From the NCBI RefSeq assembly GCF_018350175.1, contig NC_058368.1, forward strand, positions 78,432,001 to 78,496,000: 64,000 nucleotides of DNA, written 5' to 3'. The position numbers and the translations under genes were made by a program. Within the stretch, counting starts at the first letter, position 1, and each line of letters begins with the position of its first letter. The notes beneath the pieces are model-generated. The model saw only the letters and a program-made list of their open reading frames with translations. It made no database searches and was not told the origin of the DNA. The DNA is from Felis catus (taxonomy: Eukaryota). Shown one piece after another: positions 38,804 to 50,740 of the stretch.

Positions 38804-40091
38804 TCTCATTGTGGTTTTGGTCTGCATTTTCCTCATTGTTAGTTACGCTGAGCACCTTTTCACGTACCTGCTGGCCATTGTTTTATATCTTCTTTACAAA
38901 TTATGTATTCTGTCCATGGTTTAATTGAATTATTTGGGATTTTGTCATTGGATTGTGCGTAGTCTTTATATATTTTGGATATTAACTCCCTATCAGATAC
39001 ATTATTTGCAAATACCTTCTACCTTTCCGTAGGTTCCCTTTTCATTTTGTCGATGGTTTCCTTTGCTGTGCGACTAACGCTTTAATCCCTAGTTTTCCGT
39101 AAGGAAATTTGTCCTTCAATAAATTTGCTAAGAGTCTAACCCATAGCTTGCCTGTTCTTCCTGCAGCTAGACCTTCAGTCCTGGCTGCGTGTAGAGCCGA
39201 GGCACAGGGGTCTGACCAGACAGCCTGCATGGGACCCCTTCCATCACTATTTCACCTCACCTCTGGAATCCGTACAAAGTACATCTGATTCATTCCCAGA
39301 AGGGCTGGTCTCTGAGTCTTTTTGCCCACAAGGAACACCTACTTTGCATCTCTTGGGGCACCCATTAGGAAACACCGCTGCCCCTAGCCCGTGCTCTGTA
39401 TCATTGTCTTTCTGTGGATACCTTTGCTCTATTATGAGAAGTTGACTCGTGTTCAGCCTCAATAAATAAATAACAGGAAATGATGATTGTGCCTCTGTTG
39501 AATATTGTTTCTTTTAATTTGGAGAAAACTGTAAGCAACGAGGAAGAGTAAATCCAGACAAAAATAAAAAGAATATTCAAATATTGACCAAGAGCATCAT
39601 TTGGTATTAACACACAAATAAATCTAATCTTTCCTTGATTAAAGAGGGAGGGAGTATAATGTAGGATTCTTACTCATCTAAGAAGCTGTGTCTGGGCCTT
39701 TTCTTTGAGAATTTAGCTAAAATTAGTTTCTTCTCCATGCAGAATTTGAATACATTATAAAAATAAAAGAGCAATCCTCTTTCATACAATAAATTGTATT
39801 TGCATTTCTTTTCTTATCTTTTCTGTTTTTATTTTTTCATCTGAGGAGAAAGTAGCTGCTGGGTCCAGGTTTACAAAAAGCTAACAGTTAAAGCTGGTAC
39901 AGATTATGATAAAATCTGTTTTTTCTGCAGCTTATAAAGAGGGCTGAATTCAAATATATTTTACTTAAGACAGCAGGTACAGCCAATGTTGCAAGGCTTT
40001 ATCAGTCTATGTATGAGAAGAGGCTGATTATTTTGCTGTAGCTGGACTTTGATGTGTGAATGTGTCTTATATACTTTAAAATCTTTGTTTA

Positions 40092-40317
40092 GGGGCGCCT
40101 GGGTGGCTCAGTCGGTTGGACGTCCAACTTCGGCTCGGGTCCGGATCTCACAGTTCGTGGGTTCGAGCCCCGCGTCGGGCTCTGAGCTGACAGCTCGGAG
40201 CCTGGAGCCTGCTTCGGATTCTGTGTCTCCCTCTCTCTCTCTGCCCCTCCCCCTTTCGCACTCTGTCTCTCTCCCTCTCAAAAATAAACAACAAAAAACA
40301 AATAAATAAATAAAAAG
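40092..40317 (+). mobile_element. Can-SINE (SINEC_Fc-type), CpG-rich and young
   Basis: Exact TSD AAAATCTTTGTTT (40078-40090, 40318-40330). Confidence 0.97.
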
Positions 40318-41214
40318 AAAATCTTTGTTTCAATTCAAGTGAACAGGAAAGCAGAAGTATCTTATCTAGCAGTAGGAACCTGCTAGCTTTTAAAGTGTTC
40401 CTTTTTTACCTTTTCCCCTTTATCTTTAAAAAAAAAATCTTTTGTAATTAATATTTCAAATGCCTGGCTTGTTAAAAGTCTTACATATGAGAATTTAGCA
40501 ATGATGAGTGGAAAGCATTGTAAATAACCTGAAATCAAGATATTTATCGATAATAAATAACACCAGACTTATTGAATCTTTTATCATGTCTCATTGGTCT
40601 CCAAGAGAAAGGCTTCATTTTCGGCTCTTTCCCACCTGAGTCCCTGAGTACATACCCGGGAGCTGGCACATCACTGGACAGAGGTTACAAGACCTTCCCC
40701 ATACCTTTTAATAAACTGGTTCAAAAATAGTTTATCAGCGTTGAAAAATCCCTGCTACAGAGTACTTTGAAGACGACGTCTAAGTGATAATTTGACAGAA
40801 GACTATTGATTCGAAAAATGCTAAAAATAAGTGAGTGGCATCATTCATTTGGGCTTGAAAGTCTTTTCATTGCCTAAAAATCATCACTGTTTCCAGTAAG
40901 AAGGCTTGATTGATACCAGAGTCACCTGCTCACGTTATGTGAGCAGACATAATACTCACATAATTTACCTGGTGGCAAATCATGCAAAAACAGCATAATA
41001 CAAAGAGGGTCCGGGGAGATTTGCTGGTTGGTTGGTTAGCATAATATTTATTTACTATTGCGAAGGCTGAGGGAAGTCATTCAAGAGCTGAGGTAGAGAC
41101 TGGGCAGAGTCCTTCTCTGGGAGTCGGCCTGGCATCAGCAGTGAATGGAGTAGTGTGGGGACACGTCCGCTTTAAGGCAACACATGTCCGCCCAGACCCT
41201 CTTCCAAGACAACG

Positions 41215-41320
41215 TAAGATTTTGGGGAAAAGACGTCGTCTGTCTTGTTCACCACTGCATCCCCAGTGCCTAGAATACTGTCAGCAACATCGTGGTTGCT
41301 CAGAAAATATTTTTGAACGT
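41215..41320 (+). mobile_element. L2 3' end fragment
   Basis: GTCTGTCTTGTTCACCACTGCATCCCCAGTGCCTAGAATA...GCTCAGAAAATATTTTTGAA. Confidence 0.8.
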
Positions 41321-41633
41321 AATAATATCTATTTTGAGCAATTTGATTTTTTTTAAATTAAAACTACTTTTGGTTTTCTGTTATTTGAATACACTGTAGA
41401 AGCATTTCATGGAGAAGTGCTATGCATGTTCCTTCTGCTGGAAATGTTGACCAGAGTATGACTTTCTTCTGCTCTCTGGCCTCTTACTTATTTAATGGCT
41501 CTTGGTATGGTTTCAAGATTGCTGGGGTCACGTAAAACATCAGTTGCCTGTGTTTACCCTCATTTGTCTTGAGTTTGGAGCTAACATTACTAAAACTGTG
41601 TTGTTTTGAGATGTTTTCAACTTACTCGTTTTT

Positions 41634-41852
41634 TTTTTTTTAATTTTTTTTAACGTTTATTTATTTTTGAGACAGAGAGAGACAGAGCATGAACGGGGGA
41701 GGGTCAGAGAGAGGGAGACACAGAATCCGAAACAGGCTCCAGGCTCTGAGCCGTCAGCACAGAGCCCGACGCAGGGCTCGAACTCATGGACCGCGAGATC
41801 ATGACCTGAGCCGAAGTCGGCCGCTTAACCGACTGAGCCACCCAGGCGCCCC
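41634..41852 (-). mobile_element. Can-SINE (SINEC_Fc-type), young
   Basis: Exact 17-bp TSD TCAACTTACTCGTTTTT starting at 41617 and 41853; long poly-T tail. Confidence 0.97.
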
Positions 41853-42900
41853 TCAACTTACTCGTTTTTAAAGATGCTTCTCTTCTCTCTCTCTCTCCCT
41901 CCTACCGCCCCCTCCCCCTTCTTTCTCTGTGAAGCACAATTGTCTCTAGTTCTGCTTGTGTCCATGGAAAATCAACAGAAAATCAAAACTCTTTGGGGCC
42001 ATTTTGCCTTTTCACCTTTTAGAGCTATTAAATAAAGCAATTTTCTGTTCATTTCAAAATAAACAGAGAGTTAATCCTCATGAAGATAATTCTAGTTGCA
42101 GAACTATTAAAGCTGTGTATCGTTCCTAAGATTTAGTGCTGCTTCGATTCAAAGGGCCCATCTCATTTGGGGCCCCTTATGTATGGTCTGTTGGTTCTGT
42201 TGATGCTAACTTGTAATGTTTCCTAAGTCAGAATTAGTGCAATCACTTAAATACAGCCAGTTGGTAGATGTAACCTTTGCCCATAGGACTTAGGGGCAAG
42301 CAATTCTGCAAAATATGGTTTCATCCCTTCTAACCTTTCCAAACAGAACTCTGAAATGGTGTTGTGGCGAACAGATCCAGGCACCAAACATGTTGGCCAA
42401 CTGTTGAGTGAAAGATGGCGGCCTCCACCTTCAGGCGTCGCCTCTGTGTCCAAGGCAAGATGATAAGGGCAAGCCCAGTCAAGCCCTCTCTGTCCCTTAA
42501 CCACAGAAACAAAATATTTCCCAATATCGGACACCCCTTCCTGAGAGTACGCTGCTAACGTGCTGTTGCTCAGAAAGGTCTCCTGGGCCACACAGAGCTG
42601 CAAAGGCAGGCAGGGAGAATTCCGAAATACTTCAGTTGGTCCGTGTATACTGGCTGCTACCTGAGCTGAAGTGCCTTTCAGGAGTAAAAGTAATAAACGA
42701 TACTTTCAACTATTCATGCTTCGGGGACAAGTCACTCTTCCTGAAAGGCCACCTGGAGTTGGAAGGGAGACAGGAGGGTGTAGCTGGGCTCCCATATTCT
42801 TATCCTTCATGCTGGAGAGGCAATGGAGTTACCCAAATCTCACAACTTAATTAATAGAAGCTTAAGATCATACATAAGTCCTTTAGAAACACAAATTATA

Positions 42901-43099
42901 GGGGCGCCTGGAGGGCTCAGTTGGTTAAGTGTCCGACTTCAGCTCAGGTCATGATCTCATGGGTCCAGGGTTCGAGCCTCACATTGGGTTCCACGCTGCC
43001 AGTGCAGAGCCTGGTTCGGATCCCCTGTCTCCCGTTCTCTCTGCCCCTCCCCCACATGCACTCTCTCTCTCTCTCTCTCTCAAAAATAAACATTAAAAA
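42901..43099 (+). mobile_element. Can-SINE followed by (CA)11
   Basis: Full SINE; CA run at 43100-43121 directly after the tail. Confidence 0.95.
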
Positions 43100-43288
43100 C
43101 ACACACACACACACACACACATTCTAGTAACATAGTCAATTCTAATAGTGACCTTAATTGCTTTAGTTTTCTCATCTGGAAATTAGGGGAAAGCAGAGGT
43201 GAATGTATCATTATTTCTTATTATCGTTCACCAGGATCCACTGCCCAAGCTTCCTTTAAAAAATGGCACACATATTATTAAAATTTTT

Positions 43289-43479
43289 TTAATTTTTATT
43301 TAATTATTTATGTATTTGCTTGTTTTTTTCAGAGAGGCAGAGCATACGCGGACCAGGTGCAGAGAGAGAAAGAGAATCCCAAGCAGGCCCAATGTTCTTG
43401 GTCTCATGAACCAGTACATCATGACATGAGCCGAAATCAAGAGTTGGACGTTTAAACAACCGAGCTACCCAGACACCCC
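43289..43479 (-). mobile_element. Can-SINE with an internal deletion
   Basis: TSD TATTATTAAAATTTTT on both sides. Confidence 0.9.
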
Positions 43480-44499
43480 TATTATTAAAATTTTTAAATG
43501 AAGTTTCAGGAAAAAATAAACACAGACTGAAATCCTGCGAAACACGCAAAAGAGAGATACACACATTCAAACACACTAAGTTACAAACACAGATACCATG
43601 AGGTAAAAAAAAGAAAAAAAAAAGAATAGAGGAATCACTCAGAAGGAAATGGGAAAGAGAATTTAAGAAAGATGAGAAAACTGAGGTCAGACATTCCCGT
43701 CACATCAATAAATGTCAGTGAAAATGAGACACACTAATTAAATGAAAATGTTTGTTTTGATCAAAAACCTAAGCCCAACCTTGTGCTCAAAGCAACACAG
43801 TCTAGAGTATTCGACTTACAAAGAGTCATTGGGCTTAAAGGAAAGGAGAAGAAGTAACTGACGAATGTATACAAAAAGAACTCAGGGATCACGAGATTGT
43901 GTTTGAAGGCAAGACAAAACTACCAAAGGACAAAAAAAGTCACTTTATGGCGATTACTGTTCAATCCAGGATGAAGTTCTAGAACCGCCATGAATCCAAT
44001 GGCACCGGTAAACTGCGTTCCAAGTGTTGTACCCTGGACTCTGGTGTATATGATACATGTGCCCTGGGCATAGCTTTATTGTGATGGCTGCATAGGGCAA
44101 AGGAGACCGAGGTCAGGAGAGGGAGCCTAGGGCCATCTGAGGTCAGAAAGTCCAGTAGGAATCCCTGAACAGAGCCAACCCCAAAGGGTTAGCACATATT
44201 CTACGAAGGAAAACAAATAAATCTGCCACGCCAAAGGGGACAGGAAGGAAACTTAACCTGCATGACTTCTGCCTTGAGTGACCATATAACGTATCTTCCA
44301 AAGAAGGACGCTTTTGAGGGGAAGAGACACATAATTATGTTCTAACAGGCCGGAATGTATAGCCACTCTACGTGGAAAGGGAAGGAAATATTCCGACGAT
44401 TTGAAACCTCAGACTCATTGTTCAGCCAGTTTTCAGCATGAATTAACACTACCTATAAATCTGCAAAAACACAAAAACAGAAACAGAAACAAAAACCAA

Positions 44500-44527
44500 A
44501 ACAACAACAACAACAACAACAACAAAA
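44500..44527. repeat. (AAC)n microsatellite
   Basis: AACAACAAC run. Confidence 0.9.
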
Positions 44528-44795
44528 CCCAAAAATACACCAAACCCAGGAATTTAACTTTAAGTCATCCCAGGATGGTAGTGACCCCAGAAGGCTGACA
44601 TAACAAATGCCATCTGTCTTTGGAGGAATGTAGCCTTAAAATAGGCCCCAAAGAATTTTCACAGACAAAGTGGAAAATGAACTTAAGGCAAATATCAGAA
44701 AATGCACAGGAATGAAATATATGTTGAATGAAAACAGAAGGAAAAACTCAACTGTAGAGAGAGATTCTTACCCAAACAATTAAAATAATTCTATA

Positions 44796-45007
44796 GGGGC
44801 TCCTGGGTGACTCAGTCAGTTAAGCGTCTGACTTCAGCTCAGGTCACGATCTCACGGTTCGTGAGTTTGAGCCCCACATCGGGCTTTGCAGACAGTGCAG
44901 AACCCACTTCAGATCCTCTGTCCCCCTCTCTCTCTGTACCTCCCCAGCTTGTTCTCTCTCTCTCTCTCTCACTCTCAAAGTAAATAAACTTTAAAAAAAT
45001 AAAATAA
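44796..45007 (+). mobile_element. Can-SINE
   Basis: TSD AAATAATTCTATA / AAGTAATTCTATA. Confidence 0.95.
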
Positions 45008-45214
45008 AGTAATTCTATAGAAAGAGAGACAAAGAGATGAGTATAGATGCTTTCATTAATTACCAGTCCAGAAATTCTATAACTAATCCACGAATTCAAG
45101 AATTGGTCATTTATACAGCAGCCGTGAAGTAATTAGCTAATGAAGATGAAAAGTACAAAATAAAATAAAATAACAGTAAAAAGATAAAAAATTGATACAT
45201 GTGATCACTCAGCA

Positions 45215-45650
45215 TTGGAACACAGCCACACTGGAGTGTTTGGGGGTTTCTTACAAAACTAGTCCTATTCTTACCATCATCATGCTCCTGGGTGTTTAAC
45301 CCAAAGGAGTCGGAGAATTTCCATCCACAAAACACCTGCACACACAAGTTTACGGCAGCTTTATTCATCATCACCAAAACTTGGAAGCAAGCAAGATGTC
45401 CGTCAGTAAGTGAACGGACATATAAGCTGGTCCATCCCGACAATGGAATATCATTCAGCACTTGAGAGAAATAAAGTATCAAGCCATGAAGAGACATCGA
45501 GGGATCTTAAATGCATACTACTAAGTGAAAGAAGCCAAGTCTGAAAAGACTATGTAAGAAAGACTATGAAAAGACTATGATTCCAACTATCAGACACCTT
45601 TGGAAAAGACAAAACCACGGACACGGTAAAAAGATGAGTGGTTGCTAGAA
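45215..45650 (+). mobile_element. L1MC-like fragment (ORF2 end and 3'UTR)
   Basis: GCAGCTTTATTCATCATCACCAAAACTTGGAAGCAA...CTTAAATGCATACTACTAAGTGAAAGAAGCCA. Confidence 0.85.
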
Positions 45651-47722
45651 ACAAACAAACAAATGCCATAGAAACTTCTAAGAACACAAGGAAGCCGCCA
45701 GAGGGGTTGGTACTGGCCAAATCTAGGAGTCGACCCTTTAGTAAAGGACAAACAGAATGGAACCAAAAGAATCTTCGAAGAACATTACCGAGACATCTGA
45801 CAGATTTGGAATGTTCGTGGCAGATTAAAGTGTCATATGAAGGTTAGATCTTCCGAATTTGATAACCGTGCTGTGGTTGCGTAAAAGAAGAGAAGGCCCT
45901 GTTGTCAGGAAACTCGCTTTGAAACGGTCAAGGATCAAGGAGCGCCATAGCCAGACAAAACCAAAATAAAAATTGGGAAAAATAAACCCCCCTCGTCTCC
46001 ACTGCCCGCGTTATGGGAAGCACAGCACAGAACCGTCCCCGGTGGAGCTGAGGTCACGGTTTGCTGGTCAATGTGTGAGTTTCACCGACGCGACATGTCT
46101 GCTCTTGCTCAGAACGAGGTGCTGGGAAGCCAGCTCGTGCCGCAGGCGTGGCGCCCAGACGTCTTGTGTTTCGTGTGCTACGGGGATGCTGTCCCACTGA
46201 CACACACAGCCTACACACAGCCTTTCTCTAGCCCTTGCGTGTCCAGTGAAACGGGTCTGAAAGCATTTAGTGTTTAGTGTGTAGTGTTTAGGGAAGGAGG
46301 TAAGAAAGTACAGAGCCCAGTGAACAAATTGTGTGAGTGAGTGCGTGTGTTTAATGCTATTTTCTGTGTCCTGACTTACCCATGCTGGTTAGCTATCACC
46401 TTAACCTAGTAAGCAGCCAGTGATGACCTGATGTCAGCTGACCAGAGAGGAAGACAGAATGTTCCAGGGAACTTAGTCTTTCTGGGACTCCTGGACGAAT
46501 GCCAACCTTCAGCTGTCACGGATACGTCATGGTGATCTCTCAGAGTCACACATTTTCCTGGATTCGTTAGCCCCCATGTCGACATTTCTAGCCCGGGTCA
46601 GTGCACTTGAAAGAGGGTGTTGCAGGGTCTTGGCAGAGGCCCTAAACTCCGAGCATGATACGAGACCAACAGTTGCCAAGAACATGCATATGCGAACAGG
46701 AACCCTTTGAGTTTGTGAAGCGTTTCTGCCAGCCCACCTTCCACCTTGTAGATAAAAAGGAGGTGAAATCGAAGACACCGGAAAGTGAGAAAAATGTTGC
46801 ATTCTGGTGGCAGTTCTCTCCTTACCTGTGTGAGGGTGGGGGCGGGGGGACTCCCCTCACCCAACACCAAATGAGAGGGACACCAAGAGCATCTTTGGGG
46901 GCTTGGCTGGTGCCCCCGGGGTGCGAGAGGCACGACCCCTGGTATTTGGTTCATACCTAAAAGGTCTAAAGGGAAGAGGGTAGAGGCGGAGCTGCTGACT
47001 GAATGTTTGAAAAGCAAAGCCAGGTGGCTGTGCAGACACCAGCTGGTGCTTCCCCAGTGCGAGGAAATGTCTGAGCTTCCGGGGCAACCATGAACCCTGC
47101 AGATGGCGGCTGGCTTGCAGTTAACCCAAAGGGATCCCACTCAAGAGAGGAGGCCCGGGGGGCCGCGTGGAAAAAGGCCCGCCGGAGGGATGGGCCTCAG
47201 AAATCCAGGGTGAAGACACCTCATAAGCCATTAGGGAAGGAGGCTTGTGCCGAAGAAATCGCACCTGAAGGTCCCCAGCTGGAGATACTCCCCAAAGCTA
47301 GGAAAGCGAGGTTTGTGCCCATCCACCGCACCTGCGGGTGCCAACACCAGGTCATAACTGGGGAATGTACGACGGCGTCATTCCCCTCAACCTGCTCCAC
47401 ACCGTGGGCGTCATCCTGGGAAAGTCAAGTGTGGGAACCAGGAGATGAGGGAAGAGAGGCTAAGGAAAGAAGCCGGGCAGATGCCTTTTCTGCTTTGTGG
47501 ACTTCCTAGCCTAAGGCAGGCCCGGCCGGGGACAGGGAGAAATTCAAATGGGATGAGAGCTTGGGACTCTGGCTGCACCCTGGCAAGGACAGCTCGGCGT
47601 CTGTGATTCAGAGACCGGGGCAGCCCCCTGAGTTCCTCTCTGGGGGGCAGGAGCCATGGCCATGCTAACTGGAGCCGACGGGCAGTGCTCTGTCTGCACC
47701 TTGGCAATCCAGCGTGTGCTCA

Positions 47723-47812
47723 GCCCCGACGCGGGGCTCGAACTCACAAGCCGCGAGATCACGACCTGAGCCGAAGTCTGACGCTCAACCGACTGAGCCA
47801 CCCAGGCGCCCC
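47723..47812 (-). mobile_element. Can-SINE 5' half only (no CT tract or poly-A)
   Basis: CCCGACGCGGGGCTCGAACTCAC...GACTGAGCCACCCAGGCGCCCC with intact CpGs, joined directly to unique sequence. Confidence 0.92.
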
Positions 47813-48495
47813 TCACCTGTCTTAGTTCAGAAGCGGGTGTCCTCTGGGTGACGTTCCTATACACCTGTCTCGTGTACACACTTCTCCTGCCCCCTCCCAG
47901 AGGCACCGATCACTCCAGGACCTCCTGCACCTCCTGGGGTCCCCGATTATGTCGTGTTTCATGACTCTCAGACGTCATCCATCGTGTGGGCTCACTCCCT
48001 TTCTTTAGCTGTATCTTATCCTACCCAACTCCATCTAAGCATCGTGGTTTGATGAGCCTTTTCCTGATGCTACGTTATGATTTCTGGGCTCCACCCGCCT
48101 CCCTCCCCAGTTGCGACTTGCAGTTTACTTCATTACAGCCCATGTCGCACCTGCCGGGAGCGGGGACTTAATCCTCTCCCTTCACTGCACCTTATGCTTC
48201 TGTACATCTTGTTCGAGGTCGCATTTCTCCACCCAGCAAGATGCTTGACACCAATTATATGTCTGCTAGGTGCTGAATAACTGAATGAAGGCAAGATGGA
48301 CGAATGGTTTTGTTAACACAATGTATTATCATTACTCTTATGACGATGACGATTTGTAGCAATAACTTACGCCGACAGTCTTTGCAGTCTGCAGTGTTTT
48401 GATATGCATTCTCCTATCCTATGTTTTCTTCACCCGTATAAAAGAAGAGACCGAAGGTAAGGGAGATTAAAGAACTTACCCAGTATAAACAAGTA

Positions 48496-49503
48496 CAGTA
48501 AAACCTTGGATTGTGAGTGACTTGTTCTGCGAGTGTTCTGCAAGATGAGTAAACATTTTTAACAAATTTTAACTTGATAAACAGATGATGCCTTGCAGTA
48601 CGAATAGGTTGTGATGCTGAGTGTCACATGATCACAACTGAGCCAGTGGTTCTCCTCTCTCTCTCTCTCTCTCTCTCTCTGCAGGATTGTGGGTGATCGT
48701 CTCTCATGCTCGGATGCTCGGTCGCAGGCCACAGCATTTGGCAGGAATCAGTGATTTTTCAGGACGTTGGAAGGTGTCCACAACTGGCACTGGTGTATTT
48801 TTGTCACTTCAGAGCACCTAGGGACAGTCCTTTGCTTTTCCGTACAAGAGTGAGCTTAGGAATGCTTTGCTCCATTCTAGGTCAGGCTGCCTGCAAATAA
48901 AGACCTTTTCCTCTGCTGCCTTATTGCCACTTACATTCAATACAGTCTATGACAAGAGTGTATTAATACCGTACCGTAGTCAACATCCATGACAGCGTAT
49001 ACAATGGCCGCCATGCAGAAAAAGGTTGAAAAGAAAGGAGGTAAGAAGAAAGAGATAATTACGGTGGATGTTAAGAAGGAATCACCAAGAAGTATGAACG
49101 AGGTATGCAAGTGGCTGAAATTGCAAGATTTTATAACAAGTCTACATCGACCATTTGCACACAACTAAAGAAGAAGAAATAAGGGGGCTAGATGCAGCAA
49201 AGGAGTCACGAAAATATCAAAGCAATGGCCACGTGTTCTGGAAGATGGAGAAAAGTTGCCATGAAGGTTTTCAAAGGTAAGTGCAGGTTAATTTGGGTTT
49301 TTTCCTTATGTTTTGTATTTTCCTTATTATTTTGTATTATATTACAGTATCGTGATCCTTTTTATACAAATATTTTGGGGTTGTGGAAGGAATCATCCGA
49401 GTTTCCATTATTTCTCTTGGGGAAATTCACTTTGATATACAAGTGCTTCGGATGACAAACATGTTTCCGGAATGAATTACGCTCGTAAACCAAGATTTTA
49501 CTG
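48496..49503 (+). mobile_element. Tc1/mariner-superfamily pogo/Tigger-type DNA transposon, internally deleted (1008 bp)
   Basis: Imperfect TIRs CAGTAAAACCTTGGATT / (rc) CAGTAAAATCTTGGTTT; TA at 48494-48495 (the right flank reads GA); frameshifted transposase N-terminus at 49013-49258. Confidence 0.85.
49013..49258 (+). pseudogene. Frameshifted pogo/Tigger transposase N-terminus (CENP-B/psq-type helix-turn-helix)
   Basis: Manual translation across 3 frameshifts: MQKKVEKKGGKKKEIITVDVKK / ITKKYERGMQVAEIARFYNKSTSTICTQLK / EEIRGLDAA / GVTKISKQWPRVLEDGEKL. Confidence 0.75.
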
Positions 49504-49729
49504 GATTTCTTTTTTCCTTTGAAACAATCACAGCTTTACTGAAAAGTTGGATTAAGGTACAAAATTTTTTTTTCCAGAGCCACTTAAGAGTAAGGAGGCA
49601 AGTCATCATTCCATCCACCCTTGAATACTGTGGTGTCAAGGGAAACACAAAGTAAAACACAGCATCGAGCTCGGGAAAGTAACCCTGCCTTAAAATCCTC
49701 AGGCATGTCATATAGGCTCTGCCAGCTGT

Positions 49730-50740
49730 ACCCATAATGTCTTTTATATCAACGGATCAGAAGCAGACACTGTCACAAGAAGCTGTCACATCTTCTTCAG
49801 CCTGGAAAAAGTCCTCACTCAGTCTTCTCTCGAATTCACGACCTCCATGCTTTGGAAGCTCACGGAACAGTTCTTCAGCGGGACAGTCTTCCACACGAAT
49901 CTGCTACTTAGTCGTGATTTGATTCAGGGTATGGGTCTTTGGCTAGAGAACTACAGAAGCAACACTGTGTTCTTCACATTCAGGCGACACAAGATGTTGA
50001 TCTGTCCACCCTGACGATGTTCACTTTGATTATGAAATAAGGTGGTGTCTTCCAGGTTTTCCACTGCTAGGCTACTCTTTTCTCCTTTATAACCAGCACA
50101 TACTCTGCAAGCATATACTTTGAAAATATGCAAATAGTCTGTTATTCATCATACTTTCAAACTATTAACTTGGTTTTGGCTATAGATCTCCAGGGTTGTA
50201 GGCGCTAAGAGTCCTCGTTTTTATTCAGTAGATTGCACATTATTACACTCATTCTGTATTTTGATGCTTCACTCGTCCTCGAGCTGACCAGTGCTGTACC
50301 TTCAAACCGGTTTTTGGGTCCTCGAGACATTTCTTCCATACTTGGAGCTCTTCTTCTGGTAACACAAGATTTTGTGGGTTCATTAGGTAATGTTTTTGGT
50401 TCAACCCTGAAGCCAACCATTTCTCTTTGTTCTTTGCAGTGAAAAACTCTCACGGGAGTGTGGCTGCTCTCAGTTTCCCTCGGTGGACAGAGCTAGGGCA
50501 ACACCCACTGCATGCACATTTATATTTATTTCTGTAACTAGATACAGGTATCGAGAACAGTGAGTTCACGCCAACACATCCAACAAAATCACCATTGAGA
50601 GTTTCATTCTAGTGGCTTCCTTTTGTTTTTGTTTTTCTGTAACTCCTCGTCTGATGAGTAAAAAACAAAACAACAACAACAAACTAGTTCTAATCGTCCT
50701 TAAGATACCCACCGTTTGGGTCACTCTCCCTGTAGATTAC
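49730..50740 (-). mobile_element. Ancient L1 (L1MC-like) 3'UTR relic
   Basis: TGATTCAGGGTATGGGTCTTTGGCTAGAGAACTACAGAAG...GATGTTCACTTTGAT...AAGGTGGTGTCTTCCAGGTTTTCCACTG. Confidence 0.55.

Larger units (their letters stand above)
37810..39085 (-). mobile_element. L1 3' region with two nested SINEs
   Basis: CCTCTGGCAACCATCAGTCT...TAGATTCCAC...GAGGAACCTCC..ACTATTTTCCACAGAGGCTGCACCAGTTTGCA...TTTGCAAATACCTTC. Confidence 0.9.

Noticed and set aside
40092..40170. tRNA-like sequence (GGTGGCTCAGTCGG ... GGTTCGAGCCC A/B boxes) here and in other SINE heads
   Set aside because: tRNA-derived SINE heads continuing into the SINE body and poly-A; not tRNA genes
43670..44000. A-rich sequence vaguely resembling the start of ancient L1 ORF2 (endonuclease)
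   Set aside because: Too degraded to support boundaries or a family call by eye
45543..45580. Triplicated AAAGACTATG
   Set aside because: Ordinary slippage micro-duplication within an old L1
46527..47707. Cluster of 90-180 aa ORFs on both strands in a GC-rich stretch
   Set aside because: ORF length is expected from high GC content; frames overlap on both strands with no recognisable domain or consistent splice structure
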